A DNA stretch of 64,000 nucleotides from Azolla caroliniana (Eukaryota > Plantae > Polypodiophyta). The notes under the pieces are model-generated. The model was not told the DNA's origin. It did no database searches and saw nothing but the letters and a program-made list of their open reading frames with translations. Where the stretch lies: contig JBHGNT010000017.1 of NCBI GenBank assembly GCA_043228905.1, positions 16,616,001 to 16,680,000 on the forward strand, given 5' to 3'. Of this stretch, positions 33,519 through 46,188 are shown piece after piece. The first letter of the stretch is position 1. Each line of letters starts with the position of its first letter. Made by a program: the position numbers and the translations under genes.

Positions 33519-34420
33519 ACTACGGGAATGCCAAGCTTAAACTCCACGAGAACCATACATATCACTGTTATTCACACTACGTATCAAATTTGACACAATA
33601 TCGTTTCTGCACAAAAAGTATTGGACTACATTTCAAATTAAACATAGAATGTGTACACAAATTGTATGTTGCAATCACTTTGATCAAAATATGTGTTAGA
33701 ATCAAATGTGTTAAAGATATGTATGATATGGTCACTCGTAGTGAAATATTTGTTAATCATAAAATTCTACAATGTTTTACAACAAAAAAGAAAACACCAA
33801 CTTGCCTTCTTGTAAGCATATATTAGGTTATATTTAGAGTAAACATAAGAAATTGTGAAATGAGTTGTAACGTGACTACAAAATCCTTCTTTTGTGTGGA
33901 AAGCAACCATCTTTTGAGAACCCACCGTACATAATTGGGACATTTCTTAGATCCACACTTACATATCCATTACAATTGGTAAAGGGTATATGCATCATGA
34001 CTTGACGTAAAATGCATGTGATAGATGATTTGTCAAAACTTTACAGGTGTGTTTTAACCCTTTTCCCCTTTTTGGACAATTGTTTGACTAGGCTTTTTTA
34101 AGAAATGCAGATATACATACTTAAATTCAGTTGCTTCTTCATAATTTAAAATTTCCAATCATTATCATTCCATTTTGCAAGTCAATGTTTTCACTTCTAA
34201 CCCTTGGGCAAGAGAATGTGAATCTATAAATACATTTATTTGGACAATCAAGTGATGAATGTAATAACTTTGCTCAAATTATTCATATATATATATATAG
34301 ATGATAATGTTATCATTTTCATTGCCCTTACATTTTGGGATGTGAAATTGCTCTTTACATACTTTACGCATCAAAAGAGTAAGAATGTAATGAGTCACGA
34401 AGAATAACAAGACGCAACGT

Positions 34421-35491
34421 TGTCATGTAAACGCATGTGCGTGTGCATGTGCGTGTGCTACTCGAGTGGGACCACAAGGGTCTTGGACTAGGGAGGGCGT
34501 GGAAATTAGTGGACTCGAAGGCCCTCGGGAATCGAAAGCTCCCACAAGTCGAAAGATTATGGGAGTTGAAAGCTCCCAAGAGTCAAAATGTCATGGGTGT
34601 CAAAAGCTCACTAGAGTTGAACGCTGACTAGAGTTGAACAGAGCGATGAGTTGAAAGCTTTGAGGACTCAAACATAGACAACATGATTATAGGAAACGAT
34701 GACCTTGTCGTTAACATTTAACTTGTGGTATTAGGATCAAAACATGTGATTAATATTACGAACACGAGACTAAGAAGGGTTTACATGATATTAAGACCGA
34801 AGAAGCCTCTTTTCTAGGTTGAATGCTAGATTGAGCAAGAAAATCCCTTTATAAGATCGGGTTACAAATCTTTGAACGATCGATTACCATGGTGGCAACT
34901 AAAAGTTAACCACTAAATAAGAAATGAAGAAGAAAATGGCAGGTGAGGGAGTTGAAGCTTCTGGTGTAGGCGAATCGCGTGGACCACCAAGACCGCAACT
35001 ACCTTCAATGGCTACGATGCCTCGAATCGGAGTAGAGTTCTCAAGTCATTCCATCCTCCCTTCAAACTACCAGTGTGCGAGCTTGCCAAACCTCTCCTTG
35101 ATGCATCCATGAAGAATACAAGCTTGGTGACGTCGATGACCACAACAACCACCTGAGAAGAAGAATAAGAGATCAAGAAGAAGTGAAGGAGCACTATACC
35201 TCCACACAATGAATACAACGTTGAGCTTCCAATGCCGAAAGACGAGCGTCGAAAATGAAGAGCTCCTCCGAAATGTCAAAAAGCCCAACAAAATGCCGAA
35301 AAAAAAAACTAATACAAAGAAGAGTCGAGGAAGAAAAGAAAGTCGAAAATCAAAGAAGAAAGTCGCCAAAAGCCAAAACTCCAAGAAGACCCAAAACGTG
35401 CCCTCTTCCCCTTGCCTCGTTTGCATTTAATGCAATTGTTCTTTTTCTTCAAAATGGAAAAATGGGAATAAGTGTTCCTTAATTCGCGACA
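34421..35491 (-). mobile_element. Probable old solo LTR related to the Trp-PBS gypsy family
   Basis: TGTC...GACA ends. The left end is the reverse complement of CTAGTCCAAGACCCT.GTGGTCCC.CTC.AGTAGCACACG, also seen at 61313-61352. No matching TSD, so the boundaries are tentative. Confidence 0.5.
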
Positions 35492-38413
35492 CACTGTCAA
35501 AGAATCAAACTCTAGAGTCTAAACCCCTACGACCAAGTGCATGGCTTTAACTAGTAGGCCATTCACTTTTAATTATTATTTTTACATTACATAAATGCTT
35601 ACTTTTATATTTTGCATCCCTTTTCTTTTTCCCCTTTTTCGCCATGTTCTCACCTTCAACCTAAACAATGTCATATTTAATGTTGGCAAGAGTGATACGT
35701 TGAAGAAGAAACACACTTCCATCATAGTTCCAATTAGGCAAATCAACTATTTATGTTGAGTTAGAACATGTTGCAAGTTGATGATAAGAAAAAAATGGTT
35801 AGGTTTATGGGGTTGTCGACATTGTAGATTCCTTTATAAGGTTGGGCCTCTTCTCATATTAAATCTCCATATTGTAGTTTTTGGTTTGATCATCATGTTA
35901 TTCAGTCAAGATTGTAGACATGTATGGATTTTATGGGTGTAATGGATGCATATTCCATAGTGACTTAACACTTGTTGGAATATTATGGTATGGTTGCAAT
36001 AAACCAACCTAATATGATTATCGTCAAGCCTATGCACTAAACTTTCACTTACTAATATTCGTTGTTTGTGAGGTTGTCAAAGCAATACATTAATAATATT
36101 GACTAAAAGAAAGAAGTGTTGCTCTATCGTATAACATTGTGTCACAAATTAAAGGATACTTATTGCAATAACCAATGAAACATTACACTAGAGGTGTTGA
36201 GTGCTAGTATAAATAGGCGAGACAATAAGGAAGCTACGGGATTGGAAGGTAAAACATGGGGATGGGGTAGTTGATGATGAGAATTGCATGACATGTGTGG
36301 CACGTGTTTGCCATGGGTAAGATCTCACCCTACCATTAAGGGGAGGATGGATATGAAAGGAGAAGACCTTCCCACATTAAATTGAAACCAAGATCACACA
36401 CGTGATTTGAACCAATGAAGTCGTGTGTTGAGTAAAATACCCTAACTACTTTGTTAGGAACACTGGCTTGTTTTCTAACTTATAGGATGAAGATGTGAAC
36501 CATAAATAATATGTTATTAGTTTTTGTAAGATAGCCATAACTCCAAAGTGACGTGTTTTGATGACATGAAATATTTATACACTTCATTGCATCATAAGAA
36601 TGAGTAAATTATTCTAAGTTCTTGGAAGATAGAACCAAAAATTTAAAGATGGGTAAACATGAACTTGATGTTGGACATCCTCGATTGCCCATTAGTTGGA
36701 AACACGACGAACGTTGGTCTTATGATCGAGGCAATGTTGGATCTTTTGATGATTATTGATCGACTAGCCCGATTTATAAGTAAAAGTTTTCCTTCAATTA
36801 TTTGCTTGGTTGGGTGGTTTTACATTGATTTTTTTACAATGCATCACATCATAATAATATGATCAATCAACCCACCCCATGTGATTAGCAAATGCTACTT
36901 GCAACTTTGTGATCTAAAATGAGGTGTCAGAAGTAATGCAATTTGGGAATACTTCGTGGCATCCATTGCATAACTGCCCATTTTACAAACCATCGATGTG
37001 TATAATGGATCCAAAGCTTGTGGATGGAGAGAGCCATATGTCGTTGCAGTGATACATAAATATTTTGTCATGTAGAGGTTTTTAGGGCAATCAACTTCAT
37101 TGCTCTTTTGTGAACATTAATTTTGTTATTAGTGCATCTCTAAGAGGCAATCAATCATTTGTTTTAAATTACCCTAGCTCCCAACATTAAATGTGAAGCC
37201 TTTTTGTGAATGAAGCTTAATGAGAACACGCCTCGTTTTCATAGCCTTGATAATTGTTGCCCCACAAATGGTGCAAACTTAATAGGACATGCTCATGTTT
37301 GGATCTTATGTGATGCATTCTCACGATTTGTTCAAATCATCATTATCAGCTTACACATACATAACTATGCATCACGCACACAATAATCAAAGGCCAAATA
37401 GCCGGTTCACTCTTAACAACTGATGGTATGGAGATGACCCATGGTTTTGATAAATAATTACCAATTTGTATAATTATTTGCCCCTACTCTTTCTTTTGTT
37501 GTAATGAAGTTATCCTCAATCATGAAAGATGAAATGAGCCGCATATATTCACAAAACGCACGATTGGTTCCCATGATGGCAACTACCTTGTCGCCCATGC
37601 ACTTGCTCTACATGTGGATAGGCCCTTAATTGGTCATATATTGGGGTGGGATTGGTTTGTGTTTTTGAAGTTCTTTAATTTTAGTTAAACTATGTGATCC
37701 AATACCAATCCTCACTACATTCGTGATTTGCTTGGTGTTCAATTGCTCATTAGACCATACCTTTGTGTTTGTCCACCTAGTTACCATGTTGCTTGGTTTC
37801 TTGCACCCATGTTTCCTATCACGGAGATAACAGCAAAGCATCAAAGATGCTAATGGTTAGATATATATATGAAGCGCATGTCTGAGTTCCATGGTTCAAG
37901 CTAAATGGTCCATGTGACACTCGCTCCAAGTCGGGCTTTGTATCACTCGATCGTGGGAACCATATCTTATTTTCGTGTCCGTCTGGGTCCGCAAGCACCT
38001 GTTGGCCTCGAGATTTTCGGTTCCGATTTAGGCCAAGTATCAAAAGCTTGGCAAAGCAGTGCCCCCAAGGTTCATGTCAAGGGTTAGGTAGGGGATGTAG
38101 CAGTGACACGAATTGGGTTTTGCGAAGATGTCACGTGTTTGTTTTCTGTCATTGTCGGGCGGGTGGGGAGCTGCATCAAGCCAACACACGCATGCACACA
38201 GACGTACACGTACACACACACACACATACACGCACATACACACATCGAATTCTCGAAGCCAGTAGAGGAGCGGCTTTACTGTGCCCGTGGTGTCGCCATT
38301 GGCAGGGGCCCCTGCATTCCGCATTCCAGAGAAGGAGGAGGTGGCCTTGCCTACCCCACCCCCCCACCAGGACCTATCTGGCATTGCCCAAGTGCCCACA
38401 ACATATCTCACAT

Positions 38414-38418
<5 letters not shown>

Positions 38419-38449
<31 letters not shown>

Positions 38450-38662
38450 TTCTTTTTTTGAGAGAGAGTCTTTTAGAGAGAGAGAGAGAGAGAGAGAGCC
38501 TTCTTTTTTTGAGAGAGAGTCTTTTAGAGAGAGAGAGAGAGAGAGCTCTAGATTTATAGTTTCAAAAAGGCTCTCTCTCTCTCTCTCTCCATCTCCTTTC
38601 TCTCTCTCTCTCAAAAAGACTCTCTCTCTCTCTCTCAAAAAAGGCTCTCTCTCTTTCTCTCT
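38419..38662. promoter_or_regulatory. GA/TC-rich tract upstream of the gene start (GAGA-type elements), arranged as an inverted repeat
   Basis: (GA)n blocks with a ~50-bp tandem duplication, followed by complementary (TC)n blocks, 160-400 bp before the ATG. Confidence 0.55.
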
Positions 38663-38825
38663 GAGACCCAATTTTGTTTTCCCTCCATTCTTTCTCTGCT
38701 CTGATCGATCTCCTGTTTAACCCTAAAAGCTTCCATCTCTCGATCAGTGGCGCAGGCACAGGGTGAATTGGAGTATCCCTTGGGCGGTGGTGGTGCCTGC
38801 AGGAACAAAGGCTAGCTTAGCTCTT

Positions 38826-41800
38826 ATGGATCCCTCCTTCCTCGACTGCCGATCCGTCCTCCGCAATTTCCTCTTCTTCCTGCCCTTCTTCTTCGGCCTT
38901 TTCCTGCTCGGCACGATCAAAGGCGAGAGCTCTCTCTCTTTATTCATTCATTCATTCATTCATTCATTTATTTGTTCAAAATTTTCTTCCTTTTTTAATA
39001 CATCTCCCGTTTTCTGTCTTTCGCTTCCTTTCTTCTTCCGAAGATCTTTATATGAATACATGCATGTTAATCGGAATTCTTTTTTTTTTACCTTCCAAAG
39101 TTTGTTCTTTTTGAGACAGAGAGAGAGAATCAGAGAGAATGATGATGTATTGATATTTCTTGGGGAGAGATACAGAGAATCTGTATGCTCTCTTTAAACA
39201 GCTCGTAGTACTACTTATCGTGATGTGGCTATGTGATTTCTTGTATAAATTCGAAATTTCCTTTAGCGAGTATGCCATGCCTTTTCCTTAACCAAAGAAA
39301 GGGCAGAACAGACCAAAGAGAAAAAAAGGAAGAAGGAAGAAAGGAAAAAAGTATAAAAATAAGAGAGGAAATCCAAAAATAGGAGAGGAAAGACAAAACT
39401 AGGAGAGAGAGAAAAATGTCAGATGTAAGTATTTCTGTTTGGAAAGTGTAATCAGGAGCTACTACCTCTGTGATGTAATTTATATCCCTTGATTTAGCAG
39501 TATGACCTCTGTATTTCAAGCAGCATTCAATATAATCGTATGTGTTCTACTGTAGGGTTTGTCGTGTTGCCATTCAGCATTGCAATATTGAGCATTGGAA
39601 ACTCGGTTGTGCTGTTGGGACTGTGGCCTGCACAAGTTATTGGGACATATTATGCAATTGCAAGGTACTGCTCGAATTAATTTCTTGCATTGATTGTTCT
39701 CTTTTAAGGGCATTTCCAAAAGGCTTCTTCCATCACCTTCTTCATTTGAACCTGCAGACAAAATAAAATTACTAGCAGGGTTTTTCCGGTACCAATTGTC
39801 TTGTAGTAGGGATCCAATAGTGTATTGCTGCTTCTCCTTGTGCATCAAGGAAAGAAAGAAATTTTTTTATCTATATTTTTGAGATGGTATTGACAGTCAT
39901 GCCTTTTCACTGGAATACTAATTGGTGGAACCACTTGGATTATTTCTTGCCCCTTGTGTGCGTCAAATAAAAAAGAAAGAGAGAACTAATAGTAGCTTGT
40001 TGGTTTTTGAACTAACCCCTTTGACTGAACTATAGCCATTCTGGTGGTTTATGCTTCTGAAATTGGGATTCTATATTGTCACAGGACGAAGAAGCTGGGA
40101 CCAGTATTGAAGGTTGTGTTGGGTCTTCTCTTACCCATCCCTTTTTTTCTACTACTGGTATTTGGAATTACTGGTAGTGTGCTTGTCGGTTCGGGGTATG
40201 GTTTTTTCACACCGTTAGTAGCAACGTTTGAGGCAGTTAGGGAAGGTCGACAGAACAAAGTATATCATTGTTTTTTGGTATGCTATCAAGTATCATGACC
40301 CTGTTATTTGTGCTCAATACATCTGTATATATTTGTTTGATATTCTGCTGCTGTGAGTTGGAGTGTATCTTTGTTATGTCCAATTTATATTAAATTTGTA
40401 GAAAGTGTGACTTGTTATATTCGGTAGAAGTTTGTTAATTCAGATGTTACCCATGCATTTTGTACAATACTTACTCTAATTTTGCTAATGTCGTGTAGTA
40501 TCCATGCAGGATGGTGTTTGGGATACCATCAAAGGGAGTTGTACGGTAGTTCGTGACTTTACGGACTTCTGTTATCATTCTTATTTTTCCTTTTTAAAGG
40601 ACTTCTGTAAGGATCCCTCTCCGGATTCTCAGCCTTATGAGATCAAGTGAGTGGTTTTTCTTTAGTTGTCGAATATATGATCTGATGGGCCATTGTAATA
40701 TATGAATAATTCTTTATAATGTTACACAGGGTGTTAGACCTTCCAGGATGCGTTCTGGTTGGAGCACTTGGTGTGTTAGTCGATGTACCATTCATTACTT
40801 CTATTGCAGTTGCCAAAAGCCCATACATGCTTCTTAGAGGATGGAGAAGATTGTTGCAAGATCTTGTTGGGCGGGAAGGCCCTTTTTTGGAGACAGTATG
40901 TGTGCCAGTTGCTGGACTAGCTGTGTTAATGTGGCCTTTAATAGTGGCGGTGGCTGTTGTATGTGCAATATTCTCAAGCGTTTTCATTGGCCTCTATGGA
41001 GCTGTGGTTGTATACGAGGTACTTCCAATTATTATTGTGAAAAGTAGTTTGTGAAAGGCATCAATTCCTTCTAGATATGGTTAGATATTTTCGATATTGC
41101 GTTGCTCTCCTTCTTATATGAAAGAAGTGATTGGATGATACCCGTAGTTATTACACTGAATGTTTAAGTCATGGTTATTGAACACTGTATGTACATTTTC
41201 TACATCTCTATTAAAAAATGCAATGATGAAGTAGTGTTTGTATGAGAGTTTGAGATTGAAACTAATGCTGAATTTAAGATCAATCTTGCTCTACTTGACA
41301 GTTCTAACTCCCTTTCTACATTGGTTCAGGAGAGCTCCTTCAAATGTGGTTTAGCCTATATTGTAGCTGTAATTGCACAGTTTGATGAATACACAAATGA
41401 TTTGATATACATGCGCGAGGGGTCATGCCTTCCAAGGTGTGCCAATCTTTGTTTAAATAGATTGGCAATTGTATTTTGTTATTTCCAAATCAAGACCATA
41501 AATCAGAGCTTGGATTTTGTTTCACCTGTAATTTAGATTTATGAGCAATGTATGTCTTTTCTGACAGCCAGGCCTCACTATCGCAAAAACAAAGCTCAGA
41601 GTACTGAAAGTTTTGCTACCAGACCACCACCGTGGGTATGGCATGGGGAACCTTTGCCATCGCCTGCCCGAACCCCTAAAAGCTCAGCATCAATAGGTTC
41701 TCGATCAGAATCAGAGACAAGCAGTATCCAGTCTGGGACATATACTAAATCGCTCAAGCAAACATTACAAGAAGTCAAAATGGTGCAGGTGATCTAATTG

Positions 41801-44800
41801 CATGCACTTTGGTTCTGTATTATGTGTTTTTCATTAGATACGTAGAAAGCAGAATCTTTGATTTTTCAAAATTTACAATGTTCTTTTGCTTTTTCTTAAC
41901 ATGGAACTCAAATCTTTACCATATGTACTTTCAGATATGGGACAATATATTCAAAACATGTGAACAGAATGGGAAAGTACTTCTCCAAGAAGATGCAATC
42001 AAGATTTCAGATCTAGAAGAATGGTTGAAATCAAGTAACAGTGCAAAAGCCAGAACTATTGCTGTAGGATTGCCAGCATTTGCCCTTCTTACCAACCTCA
42101 TTCGTTCAGGCAAAGCTGGAGTTTCTGGTCTGCTTCTAGGTAGAATATACAATGTATATCATCTTCAGTACTTTTCCACTGTTGCCGTTTATGCGCACTC
42201 AAAGTAGTGTATGAATTTAGACCTTGATCTATATTTTCAGTTCATGCCCTTAACTCATAAACTCAAGGGAGTGAAATTACCCCAACCACCCTTAAACTGA
42301 AGGGATTGCAATCAACTCTGTCATCCAGAGATAAACCTACACTTTACACTCAAAACGTGCTCATTACTATAGTAAGTATACTAGTGCAGAAACTCAAGTC
42401 ACACTCATTACTGAGTATAAACACCCATAATCGGAACGGATATGGTTCACAGAAGATATTCTCATTATTACTATACTAAGTATGTTAATGCATTTTGTAA
42501 CCTCATAAGATTATCCCAAATGTATTTAAGTACTAGAATATAGTCCAAACAAGTCTCCTGAAACTGAAGACGAGGACTGTCTTGTGCTTATTGGCAGTGA
42601 CACGTAACTCCGTCCTCACAGATTTCTGCTCAATGTAACATAAAGAATTTGCTCTTCACATCAAGTAACTATTTGGTGGAGACAATTATCAGTGCTTAAT
42701 ATCACTTGCCACAAGTTGAAAAACAGTGAGTCCAAGGACCAACAGTGAGTCTAGCAGTCAGATTCATTAACATACAATAACAAATGGGCTGAACCGTGGG
42801 ATGGGAACCCTTTGAAGTGAGAATCTAGGACTTAAATCTACATGGGTGACTTTCTTCAAGAGATTGATGCTACTGCACCACTAAAGCCTGCTGGTCACAA
42901 TAAATGTGGAACCTTTGGTCCATTTCTCACAGGACTAATGCAATTCCTGTGATTGCCAGGAAGGGGATATTGGAACTAGAATTTCTAAACCTGGATTTCC
43001 ATCCTTTCTGCCCCCCACGATTATATCTGATGATCATAGCCCCTTATGCTCTTTTTTCTATTCCTCTGATCTCATCTCTTTTGGATTTGCTTGTAAAGGA
43101 TTGTGCATCATGAACTTAGTTATACTGAGGAGTAATGGGCAAGTAGAGTCATGTACACCAAATTTATGCTCTTGTTCTTAATTCTGACATTTTGCACCTG
43201 AGATTACAGTTAAGGAAGAACAAGCCCTGAGCACTACTCTCATGGGATTATTACCAGATCACATCTTCTTTGGTACACAGATTAGAGCATTTATTGTTAT
43301 ATTACCACTATTGAATTCCAAAAAGATTAAAGATATGGAACATATCTTTTTTTTGTTGGTTTTGGCTGTGCTTTTGGGAGCTTTGATTCGCACAACAAAT
43401 TAGGCCTATTTGTTACAGTGCTGCAATTAATCTTTATACTTCTGTAAAATCTTCCTATTCTAGAGACAGTGTCTACAAATTCATCCTTTCCCTGCTATAT
43501 TCAAATTTCAAGTTCAGCCATTGTTAGCTTTGGGTTAACAAATGAAATTTCAAATTATAAGTCCTGAACTTTCACGTAGGTTTCCTCAATTGTGAAAATG
43601 TAGTAAGTTATTAAATTGTGTATAGGTAAAGAATTACTGAATCTCATATATGTACTAAATTACTGAATTATCTTCTGTATAATAAAGTACTGGCATATAT
43701 TCTTTTTGCAGCCATGTATATTTCATGAACTATTGAGCTTCATATTCGACCTTTTAAATATCTTGAGCTTGATTTGAAACCTAAACTTCCCTTTGAAGCC
43801 CAATTTTAAGCTTTGGTAGAAAAGAACTATATAATATATAATACTCCAAATTGGATTATGATATCTCTCTCTCTCTATATATATGTAACATGTTTCTAAA
43901 ATGTATTCTCAATATATGGTGCTTATCACAATTTTTTGCAGTTGATGATGTTGAAGTAACCATGGATAATCGCCCACAAGATCCACAAGATCGTATGCTT
44001 GATTGGTTTTTTGAGCCGCTTTTGGTGTTAAAAGAACAAATTCGGGCAGCAAAATTGAAGGAAAGCGAAGAGTTATATTTACTGAAATGGGTTCTCACTA
44101 GTGGTGACCCAGATAAAATGATTGCATGGCAAAATGGAGGTCTGCAACCCGATGATGAAGTAAGGAGAGGCGAGATACAGGCATGGAGTAGAAGGTATTC
44201 CTCCATCAAATCTTTCATATGCATTCCAACTTTAAGGTTTCATTTAACTATTTTTGTAAATTCATATCATGATGAAGGATTTGTTAGAAATATTGAGAAT
44301 TGATTAGATAGGTATATAGAGTTACAACCACAGAGATAGATATATGAAAACAAAACTTCTATTACATATGAGAGTAGCTCGCAATGGTAGTTCACCCATG
44401 CGCTCACACCTTACAGCTTAGATGGGATCTGGACCAGCTCACTACAAAATTAGTGGGGATTGATGATCAATACACGACTGTGTAAAAGAGTGGATTATAT
44501 TCTCTGTTTGGTCTGAGTGTAACATTATGTGCATGTCAGTTGATAGTAGTGGAGATATTCCTTTTCTGTCAATTGACTTGTCATTTAATATGATCTAACT
44601 CCCTAGATATAGGCTAGTGCTAGATAGTACTTATCTTGAAGTCAATGGCACATACTTCAAGACTAAGTACATTGTAACTTGCCCACAAAATATCCTAGTT
44701 GACTTGATTAGCCAATCCTATTACCTATTTCGCTCTTTCCTAAATCGATTGTGTCCTACGCATCTACGGTTTCCTAGATTAACACCCTATCGACCCATAT

Positions 44801-46188
44801 GGTCGAGTTGCACACTAGCCGCTCCTCATTTGCGGCGCTATCACAAAATGTGCACTCTAAGAGCACATATGGGGGTAGATTTACAACTTGGGGCTGATCA
44901 TTGATTATATCTAACAAGATTTTCGTGTTGAATACCAATTCTTTTCTTACAATTCTTAGAAGTTAATTCTTGGGTATCCACAGAGCAGATGGGGAAAATG
45001 ATAAATTTTGATGCCTGTAATATCTTAAAATTCACAAGAAGGATTGAATATCTGGAAATAGAGTTGATATTGAGAAAAGTAGCGCTAGTAAGGTCTTAAT
45101 AGATCAATTTACTCTCTCAAAAAATAAAATTTATCTTGCTTTTCTTTTCTTTTTCCTTTTGATGCCCATTCGTATTCGTATTCGTTTGCATTCGAATGGG
45201 AAACCCGACGAATGCGAATATGTCAATCTATGGTCTCGATGTAGTCGAATAATGTGTCTCATGAGGGTAGCTAGGCCTCATATTTATAGCCAGACCTAAG
45301 GCCCCCAAGTAAGTTTACAATTGGCCCGTATGGGTTGTCTCAATTCCGAGGATTAAAAGTAATTCTCCCTTCTTTACACTCTCAGTGAACCCTAACACTT
45401 TTATCCTCCTGTGTAGAAGTTTACGGTACAAACTACCACGGGATAAATTATGGTCATGCCCATAACAAATACTGGTGCTAGGTGCTATTGCTGTGATCTC
45501 AAAGACCGGCCAAGAGATGGTTTGAGGCCATTTTTCCTGTTTGGTGGTGCATGGTATCATTATTGTAAATACCTTACATTTAGGAGACGGACAGAAAGTT
45601 ATTTGTCCATTGAAGTATTCTGATTTCGTATCTATTTGGATGGGCTGTCTTCATGATAATTCTCTGCAGACATGGTGTCCAATATCCAACTGGTAGGCAA
45701 GAAAAGGGGGAGAAAGTTCTCTTAACAGTGTAAACTAGCTAGGTAATGTAATGAAGGCTAATAAACTATAGCTTATCAGTAGCCTTTAACAATATGAGAA
45801 TGAGAGGTAGAAAAGAAAGAAGAAACAAAATAAATCAAAAGAAAAGAAACTAATTTGTTTTGACACTGGAAAGGCTGTGTTGGGTAATTTCAGAGTTCAA
45901 GGGATTGCAACATCTGTTTCAAGGCTTCCTACATTCAGAAGACGCTATCAAAGCGTGGTTAAAAACTTGATTTCACTGGCTTATGACGGGAATCTACATT
46001 CTCCGATGGGTAGAACTAAAGGCAGTCCTTCAGAAACGAGCTTATCATCAACTGCAAGCTTTCGGCATACTAAAGCAAATGCTGCTCGGTTTTCAGAGGT
46101 CACTTCACAAAAGGGCATATCACCAGGGAAGACAACTGGAGGCAACTGGAAAGGGTATTCTACATTAGATGGGAATGAGAGAGTATAG
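38826..46188 (+). CDS. Uncharacterized plant membrane protein, At3g27390-like family, 10 coding exons, 633 aa
   Basis: Exons 38826-38922, 39556-39664, 40085-40277, 40510-40646, 40730-41018, 41330-41436, 41572-41788, 41935-42139, 43942-44194 and 45894-46188 splice in frame (1902 nt). Family motifs are recognised from memory: FLFFLPFFFGLFLLGTIKG, GYGFFTPLVATFEAV, VVRDFTDFCYHSYFS, DLVGREGPFLETVCVP, FDEYTNDLIYMREGSCLPRP, DWFFEPLLVLKEQI, SRLPTFRRR. Confidence 0.92.
45097..45467 (-). mobile_element. Diverged solo LTR or LTR fragment of the chromovirus family in intron 9
   Basis: 45233-45467 aligns to 28189-28422 (GAGGGTAGCTAGGCCTC...CGAGGATTAAAAGTAAT...TATGGTCATGCCC.TAACA). The left boundary is uncertain. 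Confidence 0.8.
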
